Positions 10,800-22,585 of a stretch of 64,000 bases of DNA are shown here, piece by piece. Origin of the DNA: Octopus sinensis. Taxonomy: Eukaryota. The notes beneath the pieces were generated by a model. The model did not search any database and had not been told where the DNA came from. It saw only the letters and a list, made by a program, of their open reading frames with translations. How positions within the stretch are numbered: the first letter of the stretch is position 1; the number at the start of each line of letters is the position of its first letter. A program made the position numbers and the translations under genes. Location of the stretch: NCBI RefSeq assembly GCF_006345805.1, contig NC_043004.1, forward strand, positions 90,272,001 through 90,336,000, read 5' to 3'.

Positions 10800-12290
10800 A
10801 TTTAATCAAAATAATGATTCTAATATAATTAACTGGAATATAAATGAACTCCAATGAAAGGACAATAAAACAAGAAAAGTGACAACAGCAAACAAGATGC
10901 ATCAAGCAAAAGCTGATGTTTATAGAATCTAAATTATCTGAAAAGTGGGTGGTAGAGGCCTCATCCAGTTTGAATTATCATACATGACTACCACAATAGG
11001 ACTTAAATCATACATCCAGAATAACTCTGATTGGATGATACAGCTAGTAAATCAACTTGAAGAGAACAAAAAGCAACATTTTGTCATTTAAAGAGGCACA
11101 GAAGTATAAAAGAGAACTGAACTTGTAAATGTTAATGTAAATGTTAATGCCAAGCTGCAATACCAACAGAAGCAGAAAGACACAACAAACAGAGCTAAAA
11201 TAAGAAGGCCTGATAAAGCTTATAAACAAACAGCAAGAGAAATTGCTCTGCAGTTAGTATCCCAAATGAACAAGGGGAGCAGATATAGATCAGTGGTTGT
11301 TCAGTTCAGGTCTAAAGGGAGAAACTGAAGGTTTTAAAATAACAGCTCAGGATCAATCTCAACTCACAGCAAACTACCAAGCAAACATTCTCCTCAAAGG
11401 TGTGATAATAATATGTGATAATAGAACCATCCGATCGTGGCCATTGCCAGCCTCACCTGGCCCCTGTGCCGGTGGCACGTAAAAAGCACCATCTGATCGT
11501 GGCCATTGCCAGCCTTGCCTGGCCACCGTGCCGGTGGCACATAAAAGGCACCATCCGATCATGGCCGTTTGCCAGCCTCATCTGGCACCTGTGCCGGTGG
11601 CATCCAGGAAGGGCATCCAGCCGTAGAAACATTGCCAGATTAGACTGGGCCTGGTGCAGCCTTCTGGCTTCCCAGACCCCAGTTGAACCGTTCAACCCAT
11701 GCTAGCATGGAAAGCGGACGCTAAATGATGATGATGATGAATATTGAAACCTTCGACCACATTGTGACTGGCTGCTCTAAACTCGCAATAACTGAGTACA
11801 AAACCAGATATGACGAAATAGAGCAGTACCTACATTGGAACATCTGTTATCATTATGACATTCCCCTTCCAAAAAAACTGATATGAACACCAACCAAAAC
11901 CAGTCATAGAAGGTAATAGAGTTACTATTCTGTGGGACTTTACCATCCATACTGACAGACAGATAAATACCAATAGACACAATATTATTATCAAAGATCA
12001 TCTACAAAATAGCTGTTATCTAATAGATATGACAGTACCAGCTGATCGAAAAATTTCAGTCAAAGAATTTTAAAAGTTATCTAAATACAAGAGATAGAAA
12101 TCAGCAGAATGTGGAAACTGGAAACAGTTACTCTACTGGCTGTAGTAGGAGTGCTAGGCATGGCTAAAAAAGGGTCTTCAAATAATCATTGATTAAATAC
12201 CTGGAAAATCAAATATATGTGATGTCCAAAAGATTGCACTAACTTCAACAGCTCGACTCTTGAGAAAATATTATAACATAGTTATTAGCC
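10800..12290 (+). mobile_element. R4/Dong-like RLE LINE 3' region, interrupted by an RTE 3' UTR copy
   Basis: GGRGLIQFE, WLFSSGLKGETEGF..AQDQ, ETFDHIVTGCSKLA, TILWDFTIHTDRQI, CYLIDMTVPAD and KIALTSTARLLRK, with many stops. Confidence 0.8.
11405..11740 (+). mobile_element. RTE 3' UTR copy with about three tandem units
   Basis: Repeated GTGCCGGTGGCAC hairpin units followed by the family tail and (GAT)n. Confidence 0.85.
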
Positions 12291-12599
12291 TTAGGCTTCA
12301 GGTTGTGGCCTGACAAGTAATTAAAATATAAGCTATTATGATAATAACCCTTTCTACTATAGGCACAAGGCCTGATATCTTTTAAGGGAGGGAACTAGTT
12401 GATTGCATTGACTCCAGTACTTAGCTGGTTCTTATTTCATTGATCCTGAAAGGACGAAGAGCAAAGTTGATCTTGGCAGAATTTGAACTCAAAATGTAAA
12501 GACACAACAAAATGCTTAGCAGTTGTCCAGCATTTTGTCCAGAATGATAATGGTTCTGCCAGCTTACTGCCTTATTACTATAATTACTATCATTTTTAT

Positions 12600-12815
12600 A
12601 AAAATCCTTTTTGCTATAGGCATGAGACCTGACATTTGATGGGAGAGGGTTAGTCAATTACATCGACCCAGTACGTAACTGGTAGTTATTTCATTGACCC
12701 CGAAAGGATGAAAGGCAAAGTCGACCTTAGTGGAATTTGAACTCAAAACATAGCAGCAGATGAAATATTGCTAAGCATGTCGCCTGGCACCCTAACGATT
12801 CTGCCAGTTTGCCGC
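12600..12815 (-). mobile_element. SINE B (a second diverged copy lies at ~12345..12560)
   Basis: Family B core in reverse complement. Confidence 0.75.
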
Positions 12816-12817
12816 TT

Positions 12818-13563
12818 TTATACTCTTTACTCTCTCTTTTACTTGTTTCAGTCATTTGACTGTGGCCATGCTGGAGCACCGCCTTTAATCGAGCAACTCG
12901 ACCCTGGGACTTATTCTTTGTAAGCCCAGTACTTATTCTATCGGTCTCTTTTGCTGAACCGCTAAGTAACAGGGACATAAACACACCAGCATTGGTTATC
13001 AAGCAATGCTAGGGGGACAAACACAGACACACAAACACACACACATACATATATATAATATATATATACATATATACGATGGGTGAGGGCGCGTGGCTTA
13101 GTGGTTAGGGCATTCGGCTCATGATCGTAAGGTTGTGAGTTCGATTCCGGCGACGCGTTGTGTCTTGAGCAAGACACTTTATTTCACGTTGCTCCAGTCC
13201 ACTCAGCTGGCAAAATGATGTACTTGTATTTCAAGGGTCAGCCTTGTCACTCTCTGTGTCACGCTGATTATCCCCGAGAACTACGTAAGGGTACACGTGT
13301 CTGTGGAAGGCTCAGCCATTTGCACGTTAATTTCACGAGCAGGTTCCGTTGATCGTATCAGCTGGGACCCTCGTCGTCGTAACGGCGGAGTCTTAATATA
13401 CGATGGGCTTCTTTCAGTTTCTGTCTACCAAACCCACTCACAAGGCTTTGGTCGGCCCGAGGCTATAATAGAAGGCACTTTCCCAAGGTGCCATACAGTG
13501 GGACTGAACCCGGAACCATGTGGTTGGTAAACAAGCTACTTACCATACAGCCACTCCTGCGCC
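12818..13563 (-). mobile_element. SINE A split by a SINE C insertion
   Basis: 3' half at 12818-13083 and 5' half at 13396-13563. Confidence 0.85.
13084..13395 (+). mobile_element. tRNA-derived SINE family C (CORE-like) with 12-bp TSD
   Basis: Head GGCGCGTGGCTTAGTGGTTAGGG...GAGTTCGATTCC, then GTGTCTTGAGCAAGACACTT. TSD ATATACGATGGG at 13072-13083 and 13396-13407. Decayed relatives occur near 5.0, 22.0, 24.6 and 24.9 kb. Confidence 0.85.
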
Positions 13564-14289
13564 TAATAATAATAAGAAGAAGAATCTTTTCTACCAAAGG
13601 CACGAGGCCTGAAATTTGGTGGGAGGGGACTAGTCGATTACATTGATCCTAGTGTTTCACTGGTACTTAATTTATCAAAAAAGCAAATGATGTCTTAAAT
13701 AGGACAAAATGAATAACAACTAATTTCAATGCTTTCCTCTCTTTAACAGAATGGTACATAAATATATCAGGAAGAGAGACACTCCTGCAGATCATAAACA
13801 AGCTATTGAGAAGATATTATGTTGAGTTTTTAGATTTAGTCAAATTTCATTCATTTCATATCATGTGCCATTTTTCCAAGATTCTCTTTCATTTGACCTA
13901 GATATGCTTATTTTTTGTTGAATTTCTGATCTTTCTAATGTCTAAGGATGGATACTGATGTGTATGAGTCTTTTTCAAATGTAATTTTGGAGAACTGAAG
14001 AAGCAAATTTACATTGCTTTGCCTTGCTCATTTTACCGACCTAAATTTGTTTTTTGTGTGCGCAGAGAGAATGAAGATAATTTTCTGAAATAGCATCCTG
14101 AATATGTTATAGTGTTCTTAATGAATTTAGTGAGGGTCATTTATTTAGCTAATATAGTTTTTGTAAGGTGGTGAGCATTTGTAAAAAATTGTATTTTTCT
14201 CAAAGTCAAAAATGCAGCAAATATTTCTTATTGTGCCCCCACCCCACCCCACAAGAAGTAATGATGTACAAGGCCTCCTAGGAAGAGTG

Positions 14290-15452
14290 TGTCAGGCATG
14301 CATGTCTCACAACAAGGTTTGGACGAAAATAGGTGGCCAGCACCTCAGTTACACAGGCTGAAAGTATACTGAAGCTACTTAACATCATTGGAATTACCTA
14401 CAGAGGATGGCAGGATCTCTGTTCTTCCCATTTCTAACAATGGAAGAAAGTAGATATCAAGGAGAGGAGGGCCATCATTCAGGTAGAAGTATGGAGCCAG
14501 TAGGAAGGAAGAAGAAAGTCAAGAGCTATGGAGCTGGTATCTCAAGACGCCTGGACTAAATGGGACCTCCCCAAGAAGAAGGTCATATGGATAGACCAGT
14601 GGAGACTGGAACCTTTCTGCACAGATAAAATTTGAAGGGGGACTAGTGGTGTAGACTTTGTGGAGAAAGGGGCATCCTGGCACAGGTCTTGTCAGGGTGC
14701 AAAATGGCATTTGCTCAAGGGAGATACAAGTGGCATCATGAAAAGGTGCTTGCAACACTTGCTCACACCTAGAACAGGAAATGCTCAAGAAACACCATCA
14801 ACAGGTTCATTAAAGAAGGAGAAAAGCCAGTGATGACAGCAAGAGGGACAAATAGTCTACTATATGGGGCTCAATCATGGGATATGAAAGTCAATCTGGG
14901 GGAAAGACTGCAGTTTCCCCTGGTCATCCATACAACTTTGAGGCCAGATGTAGTTTTGTGGTCTGTAAAAGGAATGAAAATAATCTTGATCGAACTTACA
15001 GTCCTATGAGAAGGGTGCAATCAGGTCTTCAAATGGAAGCATGCCAAGTACAGGAGCCTTCTATAGGATTGCAGAGAGAAGGGATTGCAATCATGAATTT
15101 TCCCAGTCAAGATCGTCTGTAGGTGATTCCTTGTCCAGTTGGTATAGAGAATGCTTACAGTTACTAGGACGAGATGAAAAGAGCCAAGGGCAGCTGTACA
15201 CAGGATGGGAAAGGCAGCAGAAAAATCTTCTTGCTGGTTATGGAACAAGAGAGAGGAGTTAATCTGGAAGCCAAGAGGAGATGATGAGCAGTAATTTGTC
15301 CATGTCCACTGACCCACCAATAGGTGGATGTTATAGTTCAGGGCTAAAACACAGAATGCTCATTGGATACCATCTGGTGACATCTGTTCCTCCTGGCTAA
15401 AGCTCCATTCCTCTTGGTGAGTAGAAAAGAAGCACCTTCTTCTAGGTGTTAT
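14290..15452 (+). mobile_element. HERO-like RLE LINE 3' region
   Basis: CRLCGERGILAQVLSGC...QGRYKWHHEKVL, TLRPDVVLWS...IILIELTV and AAEKSSCWLWNKR, plus 3' UTR. Decayed. Confidence 0.8.
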
Positions 15453-15477
15453 CAATAGCATAATAATAATAATCGTT

Positions 15478-15880
15478 GTTCATCATCGTTGTTGTTGTTT
15501 AACGTCCAATTTCCATGCTGGCATGGGTTGGACAGTTGACTGAGGACTGGTGAACCAGAAGGCTGCACCAGGCTCAATCTGATCTGACAAAGTTTCTACA
15601 GCTGGATGCCCTTCCTAATGCCAACCACTCTGAGAGTGTAGTGGGTGCTTTTACGTGCCACCAGCATGAGGACCAGTCAGGCGGTTCTGGCACCGATCAT
15701 GCTCAAAAGGTGATTTTTGCATGCTACCTGCATGGGAGCCAGTCTGGCAGCATTGGCAATGACCATGCTCAGATGTTGTTTTTCAAGTGCCACCGGCACA
15801 TGTGCCAGTAAGGCGATGCTGGCAATGATCATGCTGAAATGGTGCTTTTTATGTGCCACTGACACGGGAACCAATCCATG
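15478..15880 (-). mobile_element. older RTE 3' UTR copy with tandem units
   Basis: Reverse complement of the 28.5-29.0 kb subfamily. Confidence 0.8.
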
Positions 15881-16291
15881 GCAATTTTCACCATTTTCCT
15901 TTTAGATAATTTTGACCGACTTAATATCATCATTTTAACATCAGCTTGTGCATTGGTTGCATTGGTTGGAGTTTATTGAGGCAGATTTTCCATGAATGGA
16001 CACCCTTCCTGTTGCAAACCCTTACCTGTTGCAAACCCTTACCTGTTGCAAACCCTTGCAATCACGTACTATAGAAGAAGACACTTGTCCAATGGGTCAC
16101 ACAGTGAGACAACCTAGAACCATACTCATATTAAGATGCTTGCATTTTAATACTAGTATATAAATTGATGGGGCAAATATTTCTACAGTTGGATATTGCT
16201 AATAGATGGCCAGTTCTCTTTGAATAACCATAGCTCCTGTCAGCTTTGAGCAGCTTTAAAGTATAGAGTTATCATAAAGAGTATGGAGACA

Positions 16292-16292
<1 letters not shown>

Positions 16293-16332
<40 letters not shown>

Positions 16333-16347
16333 TATAATTATAATAAC

Positions 16348-16400
<53 letters not shown>

Positions 16401-16512
16401 TAATAATAATAATAATGGCAATAACAATATGAGTTTCTTTGCCCTAGGAGTCTGGAAGACACTCGGCAAGAAATGGGAGCAAATTTGAAAGAAGAAAAAA
16501 AAAGTAATAATG

Positions 16513-16567
<55 letters not shown>

Positions 16568-16662
16568 TAATAATAGTAATAATAATAATAATAATTAGAA
16601 GAAGAAGAAGAAGAAGAAGAAGAAGAAGAAGAAGAAGAAGAAGAAGAAGAAGAAGAAGAAGA
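16293..16662. repeat. (AAT)n and (AAG)n microsatellites
   Basis: Seen directly. Source of the poly-Y/I/R/S ORFs. Confidence 0.95.
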
Positions 16663-17557
16663 ATGCTGTATAATAGTGAAAAGAGAGTGACAAATCCTTA
16701 TAAAAAGATCAACGTGGCAAAACAAAATCAAGAAACAAACCGATGCTCTCCAATCTGATATAGAAATATTGAAAAACTTAAGCAAGAATCATAATATAAA
16801 CCATCTAAGATGAGAAAGATAATGAGAAAGTATGAATTAAAATCAGAACACCAATTTGCTGAAGTTAGTGGAATAGCTAAAAGAAAACATGCAGACCAAA
16901 GCTGTGCATATACACCGCTTCAAAAACTGATCCCAGTTCTTCAAAGATAACTGTATATTTAAAAATGAACCAAAAAAGTTCTATTGGCATATTGGAAAGA
17001 GCACCATCATAATAAGAAGTCCCTTCAGAGCTCGAAATACTAGAGTTTCAGAGAAAAAATTTGGGTAGATTAAAAGGAGTACAACTGTGATGCTCCATGG
17101 ATAAATTAGACAGAAAGAAGACACTGGGTTTATAGAAGAGCAAATATGGAAAGAAATAAGTGTAGAAGATGTCAGACTCACATTGAAAAAGTCCAGTAAA
17201 TGGAAGTCACCTAATATGGATAACTGTTCACAAACAATGACCAACAACTGCAAGCACTCCTAATCACAGTCAAAGAATTTAATGATAGCATCAAAGTGAA
17301 ATATGAGCTTCACAAATGCACTAAAGCTACATTTACCAAAGAAAAAACTATCAAACTCATGCAGCATCACGACTAGATAGAGACAGGCAGTTGCAATCTC
17401 AGGGCAGTTATAAGTATCTCGGAGTATGTGAAGGAAATGGAATTAAACACTCAGTAATGAGAGAAAAGCTAAAGAAGGAGTGCTACTGAAAAGTAAGAAC
17501 CATTCTAAAAACTGAGCTGAATGCTAGAAACAAAATCGAGGTCATTAATACATTGAC

Positions 17558-17925
17558 TATTTTACTCTTTTACTTGTTTCAGTCATTTGACTGCGGCCAT
17601 GCTGGAGCACCACCTTTAGTCGAGCAAATCGACCCCCAGGACTTATTCTTTGTAAGCCCAGTACTTATTCTATCGGTCTCTTTTGCCGAACCGCTAAGTG
17701 ACAGGGACGTAAACACACCAGCATCGGTTGTCAAGCAATGCTAGGGGGACAAACACAGACACACAAACACACACACATATATATATATATAATATACATA
17801 TATACGACAGGCTTCTTTCAGTTTCCGTCTACCAAATCCACTCACAAGGCATTGGTCAGCCCGGAGCTATAGAAGAAGACACTTGCCCAAGATGCCACGC
17901 AGTGGGACTGAACCTGGAACCATGC
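17558..17925 (-). mobile_element. SINE A
   Basis: Near full-length reverse-complement copy. Confidence 0.85.
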
Positions 17926-17949
17926 TGTGGGCACCATGCTGTGGCCATG

Positions 17950-18270
17950 CTGGGGCACCGCCATTTGGTGTTGCTACATGATTTTACTTCACGAATGCTT
18001 TTTAGCAATTGCCATTTGGTGCATGAGAGTTCGATGCAGCTGCCCTCATCTGCACCTCCTGCCGTGAAGTTGGTTCATCTGGGACACCTGACAGGAAGAG
18101 ATCCAGTTTTATTTTAAAGACATCTGCATCCACCCCATGCAGGTCTCTCAGGTTCTTCGGGAGGATATTGAAGAGCTGTGGGCCTCTGAAGCCCAGGCTA
18201 TCACAGTATCTTTTCCTACACCTTGATGGCAAATTTGGAGTCCTTGGCACTATGCAGTGGCGCCCAGTTC
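17950..18270 (-). mobile_element. CR1/L2-like LINE 3' end
   Basis: SLGFRGPQLFNILPKNLRDLHG...FKIKLDLFLSGVPDEP...AAASNS is a typical CR1-group C-terminus. Confidence 0.75.
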
Positions 18271-19799
18271 TAGCATTTGTGTAACTCTCGATGCCTCATA
18301 CAGCTTCAATATGGTTCTGAAACAGACAAGGCAAAACAAATAAAAACTGTAGCCAAACAAACCAGCCCTTCATACATTAAGGAGAAATGGGAGCAAAGGC
18401 CACTATATGGCAAATACCTTAATAGAACCAGAGACCCTGATGTAGATCAAGCCCTTATTCATCAGTGACTGTCATATTCTGGACTCAAACGAGAAACTGA
18501 TAGGTACATCATTGCTACTTAAAACCATTCTCTTTCAACTAGGAATTATCAGAGTAATGTCCTGAAACATGAAAGCAGCTCATCATGTTGCATATGTGGA
18601 GAGCAGCCAGTGACAATCGATCACATAATCTCTGGATGCACTAGCAGAACACTTGCAATGGCATGACAAGGCAGATCAATACATAACCTGGTCAATATAG
18701 TCATACAACCTTCCTCACAAAAGGAATTGGTGGGAATGCAAGCCACTACAAGTAGTCCAGAATGCCAAAGTGACAATTCTTTTGGGATTTCAGTGTTCAG
18801 ACTGATCGGAAAATACAAGCAAATCAACCTGACCTCATTGTGAAAAATCATATTGAAAAGACTTGTCTTCTGATTGATGTTGCAGCCTCAGCTGACAAAA
18901 GCACATCTCTGAAAATGTTTGAAAAACTGAGCAAATATAAAAACCTATTATTATGGGAAGCACTTGGAATGGTATCAAGAGGAGCAAACAAGTATGTAGA
19001 TCAAATCCCTAGCAGCTCCAAAATAAGTGAATTACGGATCAGACTTATAGGTATATTCTATGTAAATCCCTCTCAATGTGAATGCAACATTATTCACGCT
19101 GTTTTTTTTTTCTACCACAAACAACAATGTTTTCAATTATATGACACCTCACCTGTTAGCATCTTTGGATGCAAAACTTTGTTGTTCTTTGATGTCTCTG
19201 GTTGAGACTTTGGTGCAACTCGTATGAATTAAAGCAAAACCAAAACATATCATGATGATGATGACGATGATGATGATGATAGGGATAAGTATTGGGTGAC
19301 TAAACTGGCAACCCTAATAAACACTTGTCTGGTAAGAAGGGTGGTTTTGTTGGAACACCCTGCAAGATGAAACACAAAACTTATTTTTTGAATAGGTGGT
19401 TGAATTCACTAGTGTCAACAGCCATCGAACTATTTGCTGCAAGAATAAATTGTGGAAGTAGTGACCTGTACAGATAATCAGCTTCAATGAGAGCAGACAG
19501 GCCTTTTGGTAATCTTGGCTGGCAATCTGTCTTGTGATGGTAACATGATATAGCTACTGGTTGGTGGTAACCTTAAAACATACACCTCATTCATGAAAGA
19601 AATGTCCATGAGGCTGGAGCTTTTAGCAAAAGTATAATGTCCTGCAGGTGACCTGTAGAACAACTGCACAAGTCCAGTTATAATCAAGTTGCTGCTGGCC
19701 CATAACAGTAAAAGAGATTAAAATGGACAAAAGAGGACAAATTGTTTGAATGTTGTATCTCAGAACTAGCTACTTTCATGACAGAATTCTGGAAGTGAT

Positions 19800-20650
19800 G
19801 TTCCTTGGGGAAAGCAAAAGATTACCATCACCGAATCTATTTGAAAGGGCAAAGCTAAGATCAAAACTCAGAAAAGTGAATGAAGTTATCACGAGAATTC
19901 CAATTTAGGACATCACTGAGTTAAATTCCTTGATGTATGCCATTGTTTATGTCATCACAGAGAAGAGGGGCATGTTTAGAGAAAAGAAAGGTTAGAGAAA
20001 CAAAGAACCATTCTGGAAAAGGAGAATAAAAGAAATCATCAATACATAGCAGAAGGATTTTAAGTATGGTCAAAGAAGTAAAGAGAAGAAATACGAGACT
20101 CAATGAAAGAGAACAGAACTACTTGAATAAGAAATACCACCTTGTGGATAGGAAGGTTACTTTGATTTTATTGGATATGTTAAAAGAAAAGATCAGAATG
20201 GAGTTAAGATCAAAAGATATGAGGAAAGATGCCTACAGTTCAAACAAAATCAACTGTTTAATGGATGAGATAAGGAAGAAGTAAAGTTACCTGATCCCAC
20301 AAAAGCAACTTCGTTTGGAGCAAGATCTGGGTTAGAGGATGTCAAACAAAACAATAGGGTACCCTGGGTTCATGAAGTGGAAGAATTCAAGGAGGCATTA
20401 CCATCATGCTGGAAGATATACAAGCTGGAGTTGATAAGATAAGAAATTAGAAGGTAGCTGGCCTGGACCTAGTTCAGGGTTTTTGGTTCAATGTTTTGAC
20501 AAATTTACATCCTAAACTACAAAAGCTCCTGGAAGGCTGTGTACACCAAGAAATTGTATCAGAACAGATGGTCAAAGAACTGTATTGATACAGAAGGGCC
20601 CAACCAAGGGTGCTATGGCCAGTAACTGTCATCCAATTGCTTGTTTACTT
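19800..20650 (+). mobile_element. R4/Dong-like LINE fragment upstream of and into RT
   Basis: DITELNSLMYA, KEPFWKRRI, KIKRYEERCLQFKQNQLF, AGLDLVQGFWF and TVLIQKGPTKG..ASN..PIACL. Confidence 0.75.
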
Positions 20651-20652
20651 GA

Positions 20653-20731
20653 GGCTCTGATGAAGCTATAAGGCATTAACCAGGCACTCAGCTGAGTCCA
20701 CTGCATCTTATGGCAGAAACAGCAGTGGGCT
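20653..20731 (+). ncRNA. hammerhead motif, probably inactivated
   Basis: GGCT-CTGATGA-A-GCTATAAG...CTTATGGC-A-GAAA-CAGCAG-T-G-GGCT. Stem II is 8 bp, but position 17 is G. Confidence 0.55.
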
Positions 20732-20737
20732 CTCTCT

Positions 20738-21150
20738 CTTTATTCTTTTACTTGTTTCAGTCATATGACTGCGGCCATGCTGGAGCACCGCCTTTAGTCG
20801 AGCAAATCGGCCCCGGGACTTATTTTTTGTAAGCCCAGTACTTATTCTATCGGTCTCTTTTGCCGAACCGCTAAGTGACGGGGACGTAAACACACCAGCA
20901 TCAGTTGTCAAGCAATGCTAGGGGGACAAACACAGACACACAAACATATACACACACATACACACATATATATATATACATATATACGACAGGCTTCTTT
21001 CAGTTTCCGTCTACCAAATCCACTCACAAGACATTGGTCAGCCCGGGGCTATAGTAGAAGACACTTGCCCAAGGTACCACGCAGTGGGACTGAATCCGGA
21101 ACCATGTGGTTGGTAAACAAGCTGCTTACCACACAGTCACTCCTGCGCCT
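20738..21150 (-). mobile_element. SINE A, full length
   Basis: Head GGCGCAGGAGTG to tail. Confidence 0.9.
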
Positions 21151-21234
21151 ATATGAAGTTTGTGAAATAATGATTTATTCCTTTGTCATCTCTCTTTCTT
21201 ATTACCAATCTGTATTCAGCTAATGTTTTTTTCA

Positions 21235-21778
21235 GCAGATTCCCCAGGTCATCCATGCAACCCTGAGGCCAGATGTGGTTCTATGGTCTGAAAAAACCAA
21301 GAAAATGATCTTGATTGAGTTAACAGGACCATGGGGAAAGGGGTATGATCAGGCTCATGAATTGAAGTGTGCCAAGTATGAGAGCTTTCTACAGGATTGA
21401 AGGGAGAAGGGATGGCAGTTATGGTTTTTCCCAGTCAAGGTTGGCTGTAAGGGGTTGTCTGCCCAGTTAGCATGGAGGATGCTTACAGCAATAGGAATGA
21501 GAGAAAAAGAATGAAGGATGGCTGTGCACAGGATGGGAGAAGCAACTAAAAGAGCCTCTTGTTGGTTATAGAGCAAGAAAGAAGAGTTAATCTGGAGGCC
21601 AGGAGGAGATGAGGAGCAGTGATTTGGTCACCTCTGCTGACCCACCCATGAGAAAATGTTACAGTTCAAGGCGAAAACACCTGATCAACATTGGGTACCA
21701 TCTAAAGATATCAGTTTATCCTGGCCAAAGCTTCATTCGCTTTTGTGAGCAGAAAAAGCACCTCCTTCTAGGTGTTAT
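21235..21778 (+). mobile_element. HERO-like LINE 3' end (second copy)
   Basis: TLRPDVVLWSEKTKKMILIELTGPW. Shares the 3' UTR ending CTTCTAGGTGTTAT with 14290..15452. Confidence 0.8.
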
Positions 21779-22279
21779 TAACATATATGTGTGTGTGTGT
21801 GTGTGTGTGATGACTATTATGATATATAAATGACTATGTAAACCTACATAGAAGACATACAGGGAAGTCAAATTTACCTATTTCTCCAAAGATTGATAAA
21901 AATGTTGATTAGCTTTAATCAATTTTCAACCTTTATTGAGGTCTCATCAGAAGTATCTACATCATTTGATCAATCCCAGTGAAACAAGTAGTTAATCCAC
22001 ATATATGTGGAGATGTGTGGCTTAGTGGTTAAGGTATTGCACTCATGATAATAAGATTGTAGTTTCAATTCTTGGACCAGGCAATGTAATGTGTTCTTGA
22101 GCAAAACACTTCATTTCATGTTACTCCAGTCCACTCAGCTGGTAAAAATGAGTAATCTTGTAATGAACTGGCATCCCATCCAGAGGGGAATATTCATGCT
22201 ACAGAATCCAGGAAGGACCTTTGGTCTTTTATTAATCCATATATATACAAACATCAAAAAAAAAAACAACAAATATATA

Positions 22280-22585
22280 TCTTTATATATAAAACTGAAG
22301 TTGTGTGTGTATCTGTCTACTCCGATTTAGATTCCTAACTACTCCCACATTTTGCGGCGCAGTTTAACCAAAAGCGGGTATCTTATAGTCGTGATTCATA
22401 TCGAGCCCTTCTGGGTATTAGCGTGCATCTACGATGAGTCTACGATTTTTAAAAAAAATTTACCATCATTTTTCTGCATTTTTAATGTATTTTTTGCTCG
22501 GTTTATATAAGGGAAGTAACTCTCTAAAAATGCTTATATAGTTATTACCCTTACAAACCCGAGCAACGCCGGGCAATACTGCTAG
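22280..22585 (+). mobile_element. non-autonomous Helitron
   Basis: Inserted between A and T. 5' TC, 3' CTAG (22582-22585), subterminal hairpin CCCG-AGCAACGC-CGGG (22558-22573), no TSD. Confidence 0.85.

Larger units (their letters stand above)
16665..19045 (+). mobile_element. R4/Dong-like RLE LINE with internal deletions and nested inserts
   Basis: KNEPKKFY, KSSKWKSP, YKYLGVCEG, ELNARNKIEVIN, KWEQRPLYGKY, CCICGEQPVTIDHIISGC and ILWDFSVQTDRKIQANQPDL...CLLIDVA. Confidence 0.8.
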
